In this document: positions 41,944-56,334 of the stretch, piece after piece | Numbering within the stretch: the first letter of the stretch is position 1 | Layout of the letters: each line of letters opens with the position of its first letter | From: the human T2T-CHM13v2.0 reference genome, Homo sapiens | Reading direction: 5' to 3' (one strand) | Length of the DNA stretch: 64,000 bases | Assembly: GCF_009914755.1 (NCBI RefSeq) | Contig: NC_060945.1 | Made by a program: the position numbers and the translations under genes | Notes under the pieces: generated by a model | What the model saw: only the letters and a program-made list of their open reading frames with translations | Told to the model about the DNA's origin: nothing | Database searches by the model: none

Positions 41944-44849
41944 TCAGAAAGCCAGATACCCTTTTAATAACTTGACTAAAAATACTTCTAATTCCTTCCA
42001 TATTTCTCTATTCATCTTTAATATTACCTCATTTTACTGTTTAAGACTAAGCATAGAACTTAGAACATTTAACATTCCCTGTAGAAAGGAAAAGTTTGGA
42101 TACTGAAACTCTGAATATTCAGATTATATATGCAATATGTATTGCATGTGCTTTAGAGGTCAAGATTATTTTCTTCTGGAGTTTCTGTTTCTTCGTGGAT
42201 TCCTAAACTGTGTTAAGATAAAGCAGAATGATTACATAGCTTACAAGTATTGTCATTTTGGAGGGATGCTTACTTTCCTGCCAGTTTCTGAGCTTGTCAA
42301 ATCTAAAGTCAGTACTGTACATTTTTCCTGAATACTACATCACTTTTAAATAGGAATCCTGCATGTTGAAAAATATGTATCAGAGGTAAAACATGTTTTA
42401 TATAATAGATAGACTTTTAAGTAATCAGTCATTATTATAGAAATCAGAGTAAACTGAAATGCGATAGGATAACTTTTACTTTGGTAACAAAAAGAATGAA
42501 CTTGTAAAGCAATAAAGTAACAATTAATTTGCATATCTTTTAAAACTTCATTACTGAATTTGACTTTCCCGAAGCTAAGGATGTGCCTTGCTTTTCATTG
42601 TAAAATGGCTGGAATTAGGATATGCTACACAAAGATGAAAGTGTATGTAAGGAAAGCTTATACTCAAAAACTGTTTTCAATCTATTATTTGAAAGTGCTG
42701 GTCATCTGACCTTATGCTTCACAGCTCATTCATGGGTCGACGTTCAGTGAAATCAATTCATTGTCTGCAATTAACATACATCATTCTCATATTATTAGGT
42801 GGCTTGTATGGCTAATGCTTTTCCAACTCTAATTATTGATTTGGTTTCATAAAATAAATCAGATACAAAATACCAGCTTCTTTACTAGTATTCCTGGTGA
42901 TGCTACCGAATTGCAAAAATAAATTACTGAAGAAGGTTTTGTGGCTGGCACCTTAGAGGGAGAGAAGATTGTTACTCATTATGTTAAGTACTGTCTTATA
43001 TCATCATGTAAATAACTTTAGTGATTGCTTGGAAAGAAAACTATTCCAAAGAGAAAATTAATATATCTGATTTGTTTATTTATTCATCTAATTTAGGGCT
43101 GAAAGATTTTTGGACTGATACAAGATAAGAAAATATGTCACTAAAATTTATCAGTGCACACAGCGAGGGACCTTACCCTATAAATATAGATTTAAATAGT
43201 TGCATGCTTGGTTTTCTCTGATAAGTTAAATCAGATAAGATGTTTAATATATAATTCTCCATTGTATGTTAGAAGAATTCTACCCATCTCTCTGTTTCTG
43301 TCAGTTGTAGGTTGGATGGGAAATTAAAAGTTAATTTTGTCTTTGTCCTTTTGTCTTTTTCTTATCAGCAGTGCCTGGGAGGCATGGTAAATAAAGTGTG
43401 CTCAAAGTGACCTTCAGTTAACTCATATCGTCTTGACACAAGTAAGCCAGGCTCTACCCTTGTAATCTTCATTGTCAGCTACATGAAGAGGAGCTTCTTT
43501 CAGTAGGAAGTGCGCATCATCCAAAAATATATAGGTATTTTATTCATTTCATGTGATTGTTTAAAGGAGACTGCAAGAGTAGAGAATCAATAGAGAAGGC
43601 AATGCGTGAAGGAGAAAAAATTACAGGCCAAACTGCTGCCACGCAGAGGGTGAAGTAATTTACCCAAGGTTAGTAGCAGAACTTCCATTTAGGGACACAG
43701 TCAAAATTAGAACCCGTGGGTCCTAGCTTTAGGTGCAGAATGCCTTCCTCTTCTCCATCCTGCCTGAGGCTGTGGAAAGGCAAACGAGCTGCCCTTCTCA
43801 TATGGGGTTAGATGACTGGTTAGGCACTGCACAGCCACATGTCTGCGTGGCATGTTGTTTCTTTACCTCTGCCCTATTCACATTTCTGTCTCTCTCTACC
43901 GAAGTCAGAAGTTGAAACTTCTAGTTGTAAGGACACAAAGTGGCTCCATGTCAACTTTCCCCCGTAAATTATTTTTATGGGCATACCAACCAAGGGCATA
44001 TCTCAAACGCATGATTGCTTTTGGCATCGTACCAATGCTTCTCCCCCCACCCCTGTTTTATGGATAAAAAAGGCCTTTTCTGGTTATTCTTCTCAGATGG
44101 GGCCCTTGAAACTTCTGTAATGCATAATGTTAATAAATCAACTAGCAAAGGAAAAAAAATAAGTCGCCTGATAAAAGTAGGCATTTGAGAGTTCAGGCTC
44201 CTGAAATCTATACCCATTTCTTAGTTATATGGAACACATGACTTCAGGCTATTCCTGTATCCCTTTTCACTCCTCAGTAAAAAGCTGATTTTAGATGAGT
44301 GTTCTGATTAGAAGTTGCTGCATTAAGAATGTTAGAACTACAGGTCTCCTGCATCTACGGCCGAATAGATAGGTGGGGCTGCTAATGACGTTGAGTGTTC
44401 CACGAAGAGTGATATGTAAAGATCTTCACTTGGATGTACTGAGTGACCACTGTGTGTTCAGTAACCACAGGGCAGGATATCTGAATTCTGCAAAGGACAC
44501 AGCGCTGCAGTGTGTGCCCTTGAGAGTCTCCTTTACAAACACGCCAGAGCAGAGATAGTGACCTCATGCTTCCCAGAGAACATCTTCGCTGGGCTGTCCT
44601 GAGGTCACCTCACACTCAACACACCCAAAATAGAAACACAATCCTCCTCACACTTGTGTGGGGCCACATCATTCCCCCATTTGCTAGAACTAGCAATCGC
44701 ATTTTTATGCCAATGACAAATTGGTTCTGTGTCTGTACAGTCTCCTATAGCTACACCTTCCATGGCTCTCCTGCCACCACTACCTTGATGCAGGCTTGTC
44801 ATTACCCTTCACTGCCACTCTTGCCATGACTTTCCTGATGGGCTCTGAA

Positions 44850-45035
44850 ACTGCAGATTCTCCCTCGCCAGTCCATCTTCTGTGCTGCTAATGGGACTGC
44901 TTACTAAAACACCTGCTCAGGCCCACCACCTTACCCAAAACCTACAATTGTTCCTTGCTGCCTACAGAATAAATTCCAAAATGGTAAGCCTTGGAGGCAA
45001 AGCCCTTTCATAACCTGGGCCAAGCATTCCTTCTT
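44850..45035 (+). mobile_element. L2 fragment
   Basis: ccagtccatcttctgtgctgct...ccttgctgcctacagaataaattccaaa...ccctttcataacctggg. Confidence 0.6.
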
Positions 45036-45059
45036 CAGGCTTATTTGGGAATAAATAAT

Positions 45060-45424
45060 TGCTATGGTCTGAAGGTCTGTGTCTCCCCCAAATTCATATG
45101 TTGGAAACCCTAATACCCAATGTGATAGTATTAAGAAGTGGTGCCTTTGGGAAGTGATAAAGTCACAAGTACTCCACCTTTGTTAATAGAATTACTGCAC
45201 TTATAAGAGGCTCCTTGGAGCTCCCTTGCCCTTTCTACCCTGTGAGCATGCAGAAAGAAGGTACCATCTTTGAAGCAGAGAGCAAGTCCTCACCAGATAC
45301 CGAATCTGCTGGTGTCTCGACCTTGGACTCCCCAGCCTTCAGAACAGTCAGCAATACATTTCCATTATTTATAAATTACCCAGTCTAAGGTTCTTTGTTA
45401 TAGCTGTCTGAAATGATGAGGTTA
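45060..45424 (+). mobile_element. MSTD/MLT1A-type MaLR solo LTR
   Basis: tgctatggtctgaa...ccaaattcatatgttggaaaccctaa...aaattacccagtctaagg; ataat TSD. Confidence 0.85.
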
Positions 45425-46373
45425 ATAATTAATGAAATAAATCAGTTTCCTCCAGATATACTCTATGGTCTTCAGCCTGTACCTCTCTTCTCATACTATC
45501 CCCCCAGTTTGAACCACCGTTAAAGGGCCTACCAAACTGTTGTATTCTTCCTATGGATACAAAGCAGGTGTCAACATTTAGGTTGTCTTGGGCCAATTGA
45601 AGATGAAAACCTAGTATTCACATCTACAATCAAGTTGTATAAACATGTAAAAATGAGATACTATATACATATGAGAGTAATTGGCTAGATATCAACCAGG
45701 CAAGACTGCCCTAAATTGTGATATATTTTGAGAACAGAATCAACTGTAAGTATGATCCATGCCTCATTGCATTACAGGGAGAACCTCAAAAAATTATATT
45801 ACTGCAACCTGGGATGAGAGGTAAGGGAGGTGGAAAGTCGGTAGAGATGGTAAATTGGTGGTGAACTTTATTTTACAATTAACCTACGGGGATGATTATT
45901 AAATAATAGTATGCTTTGGTACTCAGAAGTCAAACCATTGGATAGGACAATGAGATTTAGAGAGAAAACTAAAATTTCCATGCTCTTATCCTTTGTGTTG
46001 TTTCTTCCAAATATATTTATCAAAACACATTTTAAGAGGGGTGGGAAACGCCAGTTACACAAGAAAAGCTATCCTCTGCCCGACTGAAGAAATTGTTCAA
46101 ACAGAGTGCATTCTTTCATAAGCAATGCTTCCTAATGTAGCCAGGGTCAGCAAGGGCTTAGGTTATTAGTTATGTAATCCCTCGTTCCTCAAACTGCAGT
46201 TTTGATTTGAATACACAGTTTCAATTAGTTACTTCAGTTTTTGTCTTGCAGCGTATTTCATTTTTAGAATCAAGAGAAGCTCAGATAATCCCTGAGTTCA
46301 CAAATAACACATCTGACCCCCGAGAGGTACCTTTAGCACAGCTTTGAGCCCTGTGCTCTTTCTGTGACACCAC

Positions 46374-46817
46374 TTATAGATTGAACTGTGTTCCCCAAAA
46401 AGGTATGTTGAAATCCTAGTCCCTGTAATCCCTGGTATCTGAGAATATGATCTTATCTGGAAATGGGGTCTTTGCAGACATAAGATATAAGTTAAGATTA
46501 GGTCATACTGCAGTTGGGTGTGTCCTTAATTCAATCTAATGTATACCCTTCAAAGAAGAAAAAAGACACAGAGAGGAACACACATGGAGAACTCTGTGTG
46601 ATGACACAGGAAAACTAAGCAACACCACATACTGATGGCCCCAACCAGAAACTAGGAGGAGGCAAGGAAGGATGCTACCCAGGGTCTCAGAGGGAGCGGG
46701 GTACTCTCAACAATTTGATTTTGAACTTCTAGCCTCCAGACTGTGCAAAAATACACTTCTGTTTTAAATTACCTGGTTTGTGGTACTTTGTTACAGCAGC
46801 CCTAGTAAACAAATACA
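46374..46817 (+). mobile_element. MLT1B/C-type MaLR solo LTR
   Basis: ttatagattgaactgtgttcccc...ggggtctttgcaga...ggtactttgttacagcagccctagtaaacaaataca; flanking ccac repeat. Confidence 0.85.
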
Positions 46818-47174
46818 CCACGTTACCCGTTTGGATTGCCCATTTTTGTCTTTATCATGTTCTCTCGGGGAATCTCTAAACAAAATGACTTGAGTATCAT
46901 CTGGGTGCCAGATGCTGTCTTTACACTTGGCGAAGTTGTTGAGGTCCTGGCTCTACATACTAGTTCTTATGTCCATCTGCTTTGATCTGGAGGTCATTAT
47001 TATCTACAATGTCACATCAAATCTTCTGTCTACCTAGAGGTTTAGTTAAGAGGACTTCAAATTCTGGTTCCTTGATGTAGCCACAGCCACAGAATGTCAT
47101 AGCAGTACATGTTGGATGTACCTCTCCAGGTTGCTATGAATATAATGACATGAAAATCATTGTAAAATTATAAT

Positions 47175-47410
47175 ATCATTGGCTAATATGTATTTAATAT
47201 GAATTATGTGTCTAGGACTGGGCAGATGCTTTACATATGTTGTCTCACTCAGCAGTCACAAAGGGCTCTGAAGTGGGTGCTATTATCACCTATGCCCATT
47301 TTACAGATAATAAAAACTGAGGCACAAAGAAGCTAAGTAACTTGCCTGGGACCCTATGGCAAGACAGTGACACAGTTGGGATTGCAAAGCTACAGTCAAC
47401 AACTCCACAG
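47175..47410 (-). mobile_element. MIR SINE
   Basis: cccattttacagataataaaaactgaggcacaaagaagctaagtaacttgcc. Confidence 0.8.
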
Positions 47411-48469
47411 TCCATGGATTCCCACATGCCTCGAAGGCATGTGACCTTAAACTATCTGTTTACATCAGAAACTCGCCATAACCCCCACCACATTTACTCT
47501 AAGTCCCTGCAGGATTTAGCTTCAAACTCTTTCTCAACCTCATCTCTTGTCATCTCCACTTTCCTCCCTGCCTCCCGCCCCTATACTTTAATCATAGCAG
47601 GATCTTCACATTCCCTGGAACGTGCAGACTCTGTCATCCCGCTCCGTTTTCCACGTTCTGCTCTTTGACTCCAGGTGTTCGTCCCCCATGCCCCAATGCA
47701 CGTTGTGCACATCTCCTGCCCTTATGACCCGGAGGAAACGTTATCTTCTCTGAGTTCCAAATTCCCCAATAGGTAGTTGCTCCCTTCTTCCTTCCCATGG
47801 CACGTTATTGAGACCTGTACTCTGACACCGGGTAGGGCTGCAGTAAAGCACCAAGTTGCCCGGGGCACCACAGTTATAGAAGCACTCGTTCTTAGAGTCA
47901 AGGGGCAGAATAATTCATGGCGATATTAACTTGTATTTTCTCCTTGCAAGTATGATCTTCGGTTGGGCTGGGGTAGAGGAAATATAGAAGAGGGAGAGGG
48001 AGGTGATTACCTCCAGGCAGAGAAGAGGATGAAGCTGACCGGGAGCTTTGGGCAGCAGGACTCAGGCGGGCCCTACTTCTTGGCAGAGCCCTGCGAGGAA
48101 GCAAGGCCATAGAAAGGGAATAGCTGCCTGTGTATCTGGGAAGATGGCCCTGCGCACCAGAATCCCAGATCCTCAAGGATCCAATGGTCCACCTGTGTCA
48201 TGGAAGTAGTGGGGTTTCCAGACCTCAAGTAACCAGCCAGGCACGGACCACAGGCACCCAGAAATAGCCCGTGGGGAGCCAAAACTGAAGGGGATCTCCT
48301 CCATGCTCTGGGTTGTGAAAGACCTTGAGACCTTTGCATGAGAGAGAGACAAAGCCAGGAGAAACCCTCAATACTGACAGATTGCATTTCCCATAAGCCC
48401 AGCAGGTTGAGAGCTCAGAGTTGCATTGAATCTCCTTTAAAGATAAAATCAAGACACGTGCCATTTACT

Positions 48470-48660
48470 GCACACACACCTCCATTTGTGAGCCATGATT
48501 CATACCCAAAACATGTGTTTCCATGTCTGTCTCCACTACTGGACCATGCACTTTTTTAGGGCAAAAACTGACATTTTTTGTCTTCACATTCTCAACCTTT
48601 GGGAGGCACCTACTGCAAAGCGGGCCCTGAACGAAAGCCTGCTAAATGGATGAAGAGAAA
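48470..48660 (+). mobile_element. L2 3' fragment
   Basis: tgtctgtctccactactggaccatgcacttttagggca...tgctaaatggatgaa. Confidence 0.6.
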
Positions 48661-51600
48661 ATGAACCAGTCAGCCAGGTAGCTGATCAATCTCTAAGGGT
48701 TCTGTAGCTCTTGGAGTCTATGAAAGAAAAATTAAAAGTACTAGACCCTCCAATTCAATCTCTATCTGGGAAGGTAACTAACTAAGGTCAAGTCTTCCTC
48801 ACCAAAACAGCCAAAAGGAAGAAGAAGGGAAGGGAGTTGCTAACTCACAAAGGCTTCTTTATTCCTTAGCCTTTGATTCAAGAGGATGAGTAAGTGAATT
48901 TCTTTTCTTTTTTATTTGTTGTAGTGCTGGCTTCCTTCAGGCAGTATGAAAAATCAAAGAATTAGGCTGGTACCTATATCAGATAACTTGACCAAGGACT
49001 GTTGGAAGTCAATGAAAAGTGACCCTTTGGGAAATGCTGTTAGGAAAACAGTGTTTCCCTCTCTACTGTTTTTTATAACTACTGGAAACTTTGTGCTTCA
49101 CTAGCTGGTTCTTCTAGGTGTTTATATTCTGAAAGGCCATGACCCGGATAATTTGGTTGAGAGAATTTCTGCTCATGATTGTGTAGTTACCTGGCTTCTG
49201 GGCATCAAGGATACCAGGACACACAAAAACACTCTATGATAGCCCAGATTCACAAGGTTTCATGCAATTTCTTTTATGTGCAATTGCTGGGTCCCCTCCC
49301 CAGAAGAAAATACAATGCTGTAAGGGTCAAATACCTGGAAAATATCCTAGGTGACATTTAGAAAAAAAAATTTTTTTCACGTAAGTTAATAAGTCAGCAG
49401 ACTGCTCTCCTCTCTATTCTCAATACCTTGAGAGACTGGCCTGTGTCAGTGGGAAAAGACGGCAATTTGATAAAAGCAGGGTCTATATCACAGGAGATCT
49501 GGCCTCCAAATATTCCATTGTACAAATAAACAGAAGAATTTCAATCTTCTTTCCATTCTTAGGGCTCCTAAGAGATCCCCTTCCCTCTCCTATTCAGGGT
49601 GGTTTAGCTCTAATTAAATTATTTTCTCTTGTACAAACTAACAGGCTCGTCATTAGCTTCCAGTTAGAAAGATCCTATCATCCTCTTAACCATCTCTATA
49701 AGAGCTGGAATGCCTTGACTTTCCCAAGAGAGGAGACAGGGAGAACAGGAACCTCCATCACCCTAGGGCTATTTGGCAATCTTCCCTCTTCTTCCTTCAA
49801 CACCCCTTTTTGAGGTTAGAGTCATCCTATTCCTTCCTTCTAGGTTCCACTGGAGTCAGAGGGATTAGGCAATGGGGCATGGACTGCAATGCTCCAGCCC
49901 CACCCAGGGGTCAGGGCTCACAGCCAGGTTACTCAAACAGAGGTCACTGTGGCTCTCTCCTGCTGCTCAACCCAGGCTGGAGCCGCTAGCCACAGATCTT
50001 AGACACACACCACGGGCAAGGACACAGGGGTCTGGCTTTATTGGCTGTAGGGCCAGTTTGGCTGGGCGACTAGGTGGACATTGTAATGACTAAGCACCTT
50101 TCCTTAGCCACTCCCAGGGTCAGTTAAGAGACATAGATTTTAAAACCAAGAGAAACAAAACCTAGCAAACAAGAGAGATCCAGAGAGAAAAATACTGTAA
50201 AATTTACAGATTAGAATAGACAGTTTTACCTGTACAAGAATATGTTTTTGATTTCTGCTAAAAATATTGCATATTCATTATATTACCAAACCAAATATTA
50301 ACCTGACCATGGCTTTCAATAATGGTGTTAGGATAAACCTGTAATTCCTATATCAAGGAATAAAGTCAAATGAAATTAAATATAAATGAAACCAGCATCT
50401 TGGACCTTAAGGTCTTCCTAGATGTTTAGGGTTCACTTTAGAATTTCAAGAGTAGCCTATCTCCTTATCCTCCTCTCAATAGAGCCTGCTTTATTTCCCT
50501 CAAGTGTTAGTAATCATAATGCGATCCTAATGTATTAGATTTGGTTCCCTACTTTATTTCTAGGCTTTTCAGTTTTGTCTAGTTGATCATATTTTTTGTT
50601 TTGTTTTGTTTTTGTTTTTTTAGCTAAAAATGGCCTGTGGATCTATCCTGTGTGATATTTGACATACCCTATTTATATTTAAATAGATGCTTTGAGAAAT
50701 GTAAGGTTTCCTTTACAATATTCTAAGTTTGGGCAAAGTTCACCATTGCATTAGGGTTGAAGTATAACTGATTATCTAACTTCCATCGCTTCTTCACTTC
50801 CTTAAAATTCTTTGATTCAGTATGTGGGGGGAGGGCGAGAAGTTGTTTCTGATCAAAACACTTTTTCTGAAGAATATTCTTTGGTACTGATATACTTCGT
50901 CAATATGATTTATAGCAAGATGTGCGCTACACCAGTATTGTGTTAAATGTGCTTCCAGATGACCTAGCCTCTGATCATTTTATTCTTTTTTGATTTTTCA
51001 ATTGCTCATATAATTCATTTCAAACAAAAGGAAGAAAGTGATCATAGAAATAGGCTAGGTAGCGGGAAAGGAAGACAGAAATGCTGAACAAGTTGCAAAC
51101 AGGAAAAAGAAATTAGGACAAACGGGCTTCAGAAAAGCCGCAAGCACGCTGGTAAACAAACTTAGGCTGCCCTGGAGCAACCCCCTGTTTGTCTTTGCTT
51201 TATGGTGCAATGTAGTCTAGTGGTCTGATCAACTGGGAATCTCAGTTTTGCCTCAGACTCCCTGTTCTGTACTGAATGGCCTTGGACAGGGATCTCTGAT
51301 GTGAGATAGGCAGGTTTTCAAACTGTGAGGGTCAATGTTTATAAGTGGAAATGTTGCAAAGGGGTGAAGGGCATTATTACAACTAAAGGAAGCACTATTA
51401 TATAGAAACAATCAAATCAAGGATTTTTTTTTCTGCACATTTAGAGCCAAACACTCAATTTTCCTGCCCTGACAATTTGTTTATTTGTTCGTGTTTGGAT
51501 TTTATTGAGGTCCCTGATAACACAGGCATTTTGGAAATGGGTGGGAGTATGTGTGAATAGCAAAAGAAATCATCTACTGGCAGGTATTGATAGTTTCTTC

Positions 51601-52509
51601 TGTTTTGTGCATCCTCTCTTCCTATCCCTAGAACTGATCTCTTTTTTTAAATAAGAATATATATTGTAATGTATATTTTAGATTTTATAATAAGCATGCT
51701 TAGTTATTTTCATTTTTCTCAAAATAATATTATATGTACATATTAGTAATCAAGATATTCAAACACATCTTTAGATGAAACCATGTTTAAAGAAAGCTCT
51801 ACTTCTATTAAAATCCTGCGATACTTAGAGCAGTGCAGTTTAGCCGAGTTTGCTGATGAGTGAAATCCATAAATAGTTAAGAGCCTCCAGCCATGGTAAA
51901 GAGGAAGTAAAATAGACTGATCTCATGACCTAAAAACAAAAGCTGCAAAATAATTAACATTTTACTTAGTATTTAAACAAAATATTGTAGAGTGAGAATT
52001 TGGTTATATCTGAATTGGATTTTCATCTCAATGTTGGAGTCCAACAGACTTGGAACTATTATGCTTTCTTTTATTTCAAAGTTCAGGCTTTAATAAGAAA
52101 ATTGTTTCTATTGTTCATTAAATTATATAATCACTTAAGAGGAACTGTATCCAAGTTTTTACCTTTAAGCCTTATGTACAAATTACAAAATGTAAAAGTT
52201 AATTCTTTAAAATTTATATTCTGTGTTTAGTAGATTATTTTTTAATGTTGAGTACTGTTTTCCATTTAGAATTCATAGATCTAAATAGTAACAGGCCCTG
52301 CTTATCTAGGAGTAAAGGAAGAAAGAAACCTATTCTTGCCTCCAGCTTACCCCAAACATAGAGACTGAAGAAATTAAATTTATTCTAGGCTCTGCTGTAC
52401 AAAGCCTAGAAAAATAATCTAGCCCAATAGTAATTAGTTTCCCTTTTTCATCTCTCTTCTCTTCGCCTGGCTTCCTTTTTGTCTTTTTTTCTCCTTTTTT
52501 TTTCCTTTT

Positions 52510-53345
<836 letters not shown>

Positions 53346-53554
53346 GGGTTGAAATTGAGTGTTTCTGGGAGATACCATGTCATACGAATGTGAATTTCTT
53401 TAAACCTGGGCCTATGCATTCATTCACGCAGCAAACCTTTGTTGAGCACCTATTTAACACAAAGCACCATACTCAGCACTGTGGTAAATATAAAATGGGA
53501 CAAGATACAGCCAACAGCAAGATTTTCAACATCATACCTAACTACTATCTTTTT

Positions 53555-53715
53555 TTAAGTGTCTAATGAAAACTTATGGTAGCACAGCCATGCTTATTCA
53601 TTTACATATTATCTATAGCTGCTTTCCTGCTGCAATGGCAGAGCTGAGCAGTTGTAACAGATGTGGTCTGACCTGCGAAGCCAAAAACATTTGCTCTCTG
53701 AACTATTAAAGAATT
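53555..53715. mobile_element. MER58A-type hAT-Charlie DNA transposon
   Basis: cacagccatgcttattcatttacatattatctatagctgctttcctgctgcaatggcagagctgagcagttg...gaagccaaaaacatttgc. Confidence 0.8.
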
Positions 53716-55123
53716 CTCTTTTTAAGACAGGCTTGCTACTGTCCAAACCTCACCAGTGAACCCCCATGCATTGTCTATAATATCCAATTGGTGTAGAGCT
53801 TAATTCCACCATTAAAAAATTTTCTTTGGTTTTGAAATGCAAGAACTCCAATAAGATTAGTAGACTCTATTCTTCCATTTCTTGAAATAATATTTTCCGT
53901 GTCAATTACATCTCCCTTGCCACTAACAATTAACAAAAACTGAAAAATAGTAGAGAGTAAAACTTCAGCCTTGTAAGTCTGCATAATTCCCTGGTCTAGA
54001 TAAATGAATTTCTTTCATGTCTAAGAACATTCAAAGTGCTGAGTTTAATTTAAAAGAAAAATAAAGCTGGTTGAACATTCTCACTCTAATTCTACTTGTA
54101 GGAAATAAAGAAGGATAGAAATTAGCACCTATCTCAGTGGAGTGTTTTGAGAAATCACTGCGTGAAAAGATGGACTGTGATCTCAATCAGAAGCCACTGC
54201 AATGAGATTTTGGAACCAAATATAGCCCCTAGAGACCAACTTGGCTCTTAAGTAGAAACAATCAATCCCACATTTAAATTTCTGGGGTTTTTATTATAGA
54301 TAAAAGAAAATCCAAATAACCTTCATTCATGTCTTACGCCAATTTCTTTAGACTTTAGGAATTATGGCACTTGTCTATTATGCAACCTCTTCTAAGGGAA
54401 CTTACACAAAAATTCCATTTTTCAAAACTTAAGAAAACCTTTTATAATAAAATAGTTTGAAGAAAAACGAAAAACTAATTGGAAACTCACTGGAAATAAG
54501 ACCACTAGCTGAACCAAATGATTCACATAGAAACAACAATAGAAAGCTAAATGCACAACTTGTGGCTTGTATATTAATAATGCAAGAGCCATATACATTT
54601 ATTCATAATAATGGACTGAAGATAATTTGCTGTAGAAGAATTGAACCATAACTAATTGTTGCTCTACACATTTTATGTTAGTGTTATAATCTGACGTTAT
54701 GAAGATTTTCATACTAAAATTTAATGTCAAAATTTCATTCAGTATTAGTGTCTGATTTTTATCTATATGTACAATATACATATCATGGATACTATAACAA
54801 ATATTGAACATAAACTCTTTTTAGGACACCTTTTAACTTCCTTTTTTATCTTTGATTAAAGTACAGACCCACCATTAACCTAACAAATAGTTCAAATCAT
54901 TCTGGATCTCCAATTATTAGTCGAGGTTTACTCTATGGGAGAAATAGAATTCTGTTAATTTCTTTGAAGAAATCATCAAAAATAATTATGGAGCCTGGAG
55001 AATCTATAAAAATAATATGAAGAGGAGGTTTTCATCTCTAGTGAGTGCTTCAAATTGCTTGAACATTATTTACTCTGCCCAACCACAAGGACAGGGAACC
55101 TTCATTGCCTTAAAGCTTCTTCT

Positions 55124-55332
55124 TCTTTTTTTTTTTATTATACTTTAAGTTCTAGGGTACATGTTCACAATGTGCAGGTTTGTTACATATGTATACATGT
55201 GCCATGTTGCTGTGCTGCACCCATTAACTTGTCATTTACATATGGATGAAGCTGGAAACCATCATTCTGAGCAAACTATCGCAAGGACAGAAACCAACAC
55301 TGCATGTTCTCACTCATAGGTGGGAACTGAAC
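55124..55332 (-). mobile_element. Very short 5'-inverted (twin-primed) L1PA4/5-like insertion
   Basis: Minus-strand L1 3' end at 55124-55241 joined to plus-strand ORF2-end/3'UTR at 55242-55332; TSD aaagcttcttct at 55112-55123 and 55333-55344. Confidence 0.93.
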
Positions 55333-55449
55333 AAAGCTTCTTCTATACAGGAAAGTTGGTGCTACAAAACAAAGAGAATACAAGAAAATGCCAACAATGA
55401 AAACGGAAATCAAGGAAACAGTAAGAAACAAAACCACCGGTGTTTTTCC

Positions 55450-55650
55450 TGGTATCCAGATTCTTGACCTGAGAACTTGATTATATCAGTTGCTTAACTT
55501 GGGCCTCAGTTTCTTCTCCCTTAAATGTAGATAACAATGGTTGCCTGTACACTTCACTGGTCATTGTGAGTAACAATGAGAAACAATAGAATAAAGGCAT
55601 AAGTGCATCTCAAGTTGTCAGGTGCTAAATCTTTGTAAGGGTGGTGAGTA
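55450..55650 (+). mobile_element. MIR SINE
   Basis: gcttaacttgggcctcagtttcttctcccttaaatgtagataacaat...ttgtgagtaacaatgaga. Confidence 0.65.
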
Positions 55651-56334
55651 TTATTCTTCCTGGATGGAGTTCTTTCTCCTCCACTGGTTTATTTTCTTAG
55701 TTTCTGAGAATGCATATATTTGTTAATAACTCACCCAGAATGTTGAAGTAAATATTTTTTTAGTCCTTTAATCATCAGAGGAGACATGTTAGCCTGATTA
55801 AAATATCTATCCTTGATATCAATCTACTTGCTTATTAGTCTATTCCCACAGTCAAATGAAAGTATGGCCCTTTTCCGAATTCCAGAAGCTCAAAGCCTTT
55901 CATTTCAGCAAATCTATAAACTAGAGAATTTCTTGTCTACAAAGTACTAGTTCATGGTTTGTGGTCCTTTTGACACCTGTGACATTGACTCTCTACAAGA
56001 TCCTTGAGGGCACAGACTTTTTGTTAGGACAAGTTTTCCAATATCCACCCAGTTGCCACTAGAGTTGTGTTAAAACAGAGTACTGTTGAGATGCCACCCT
56101 ACTTAAAATCTGTCACTCAACTCATCGAAACTGATTGTTTCGATGCAATTCAGGAAACAGATATTTTGGGTTATATCAGGGCTAGGCTCTGTGCTAGGTA
56201 CAAAGCAATTCAACAAGGACTTAGATATGATAGGAGCCCTCCAGGAGCCCCTCCTGCTTATGTGATGTTACTCAACTCCACGGGATGGCAGCTGGGCTTT
56301 AAAAAATCTTTCTCTAACTTAAAACACAAACCAT

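Noticed and set aside
48011-48331. GC-richer minus-strand exon candidate with several short ORFs
   Set aside because: AAG acceptor and gtaatc donor are weak, and no frame gives a recognisable protein
51853-51870. Hammerhead-like core CTGATGA..GAAA
   Set aside because: Only 2 nt between the motifs, so no stem II, and no stems I or III
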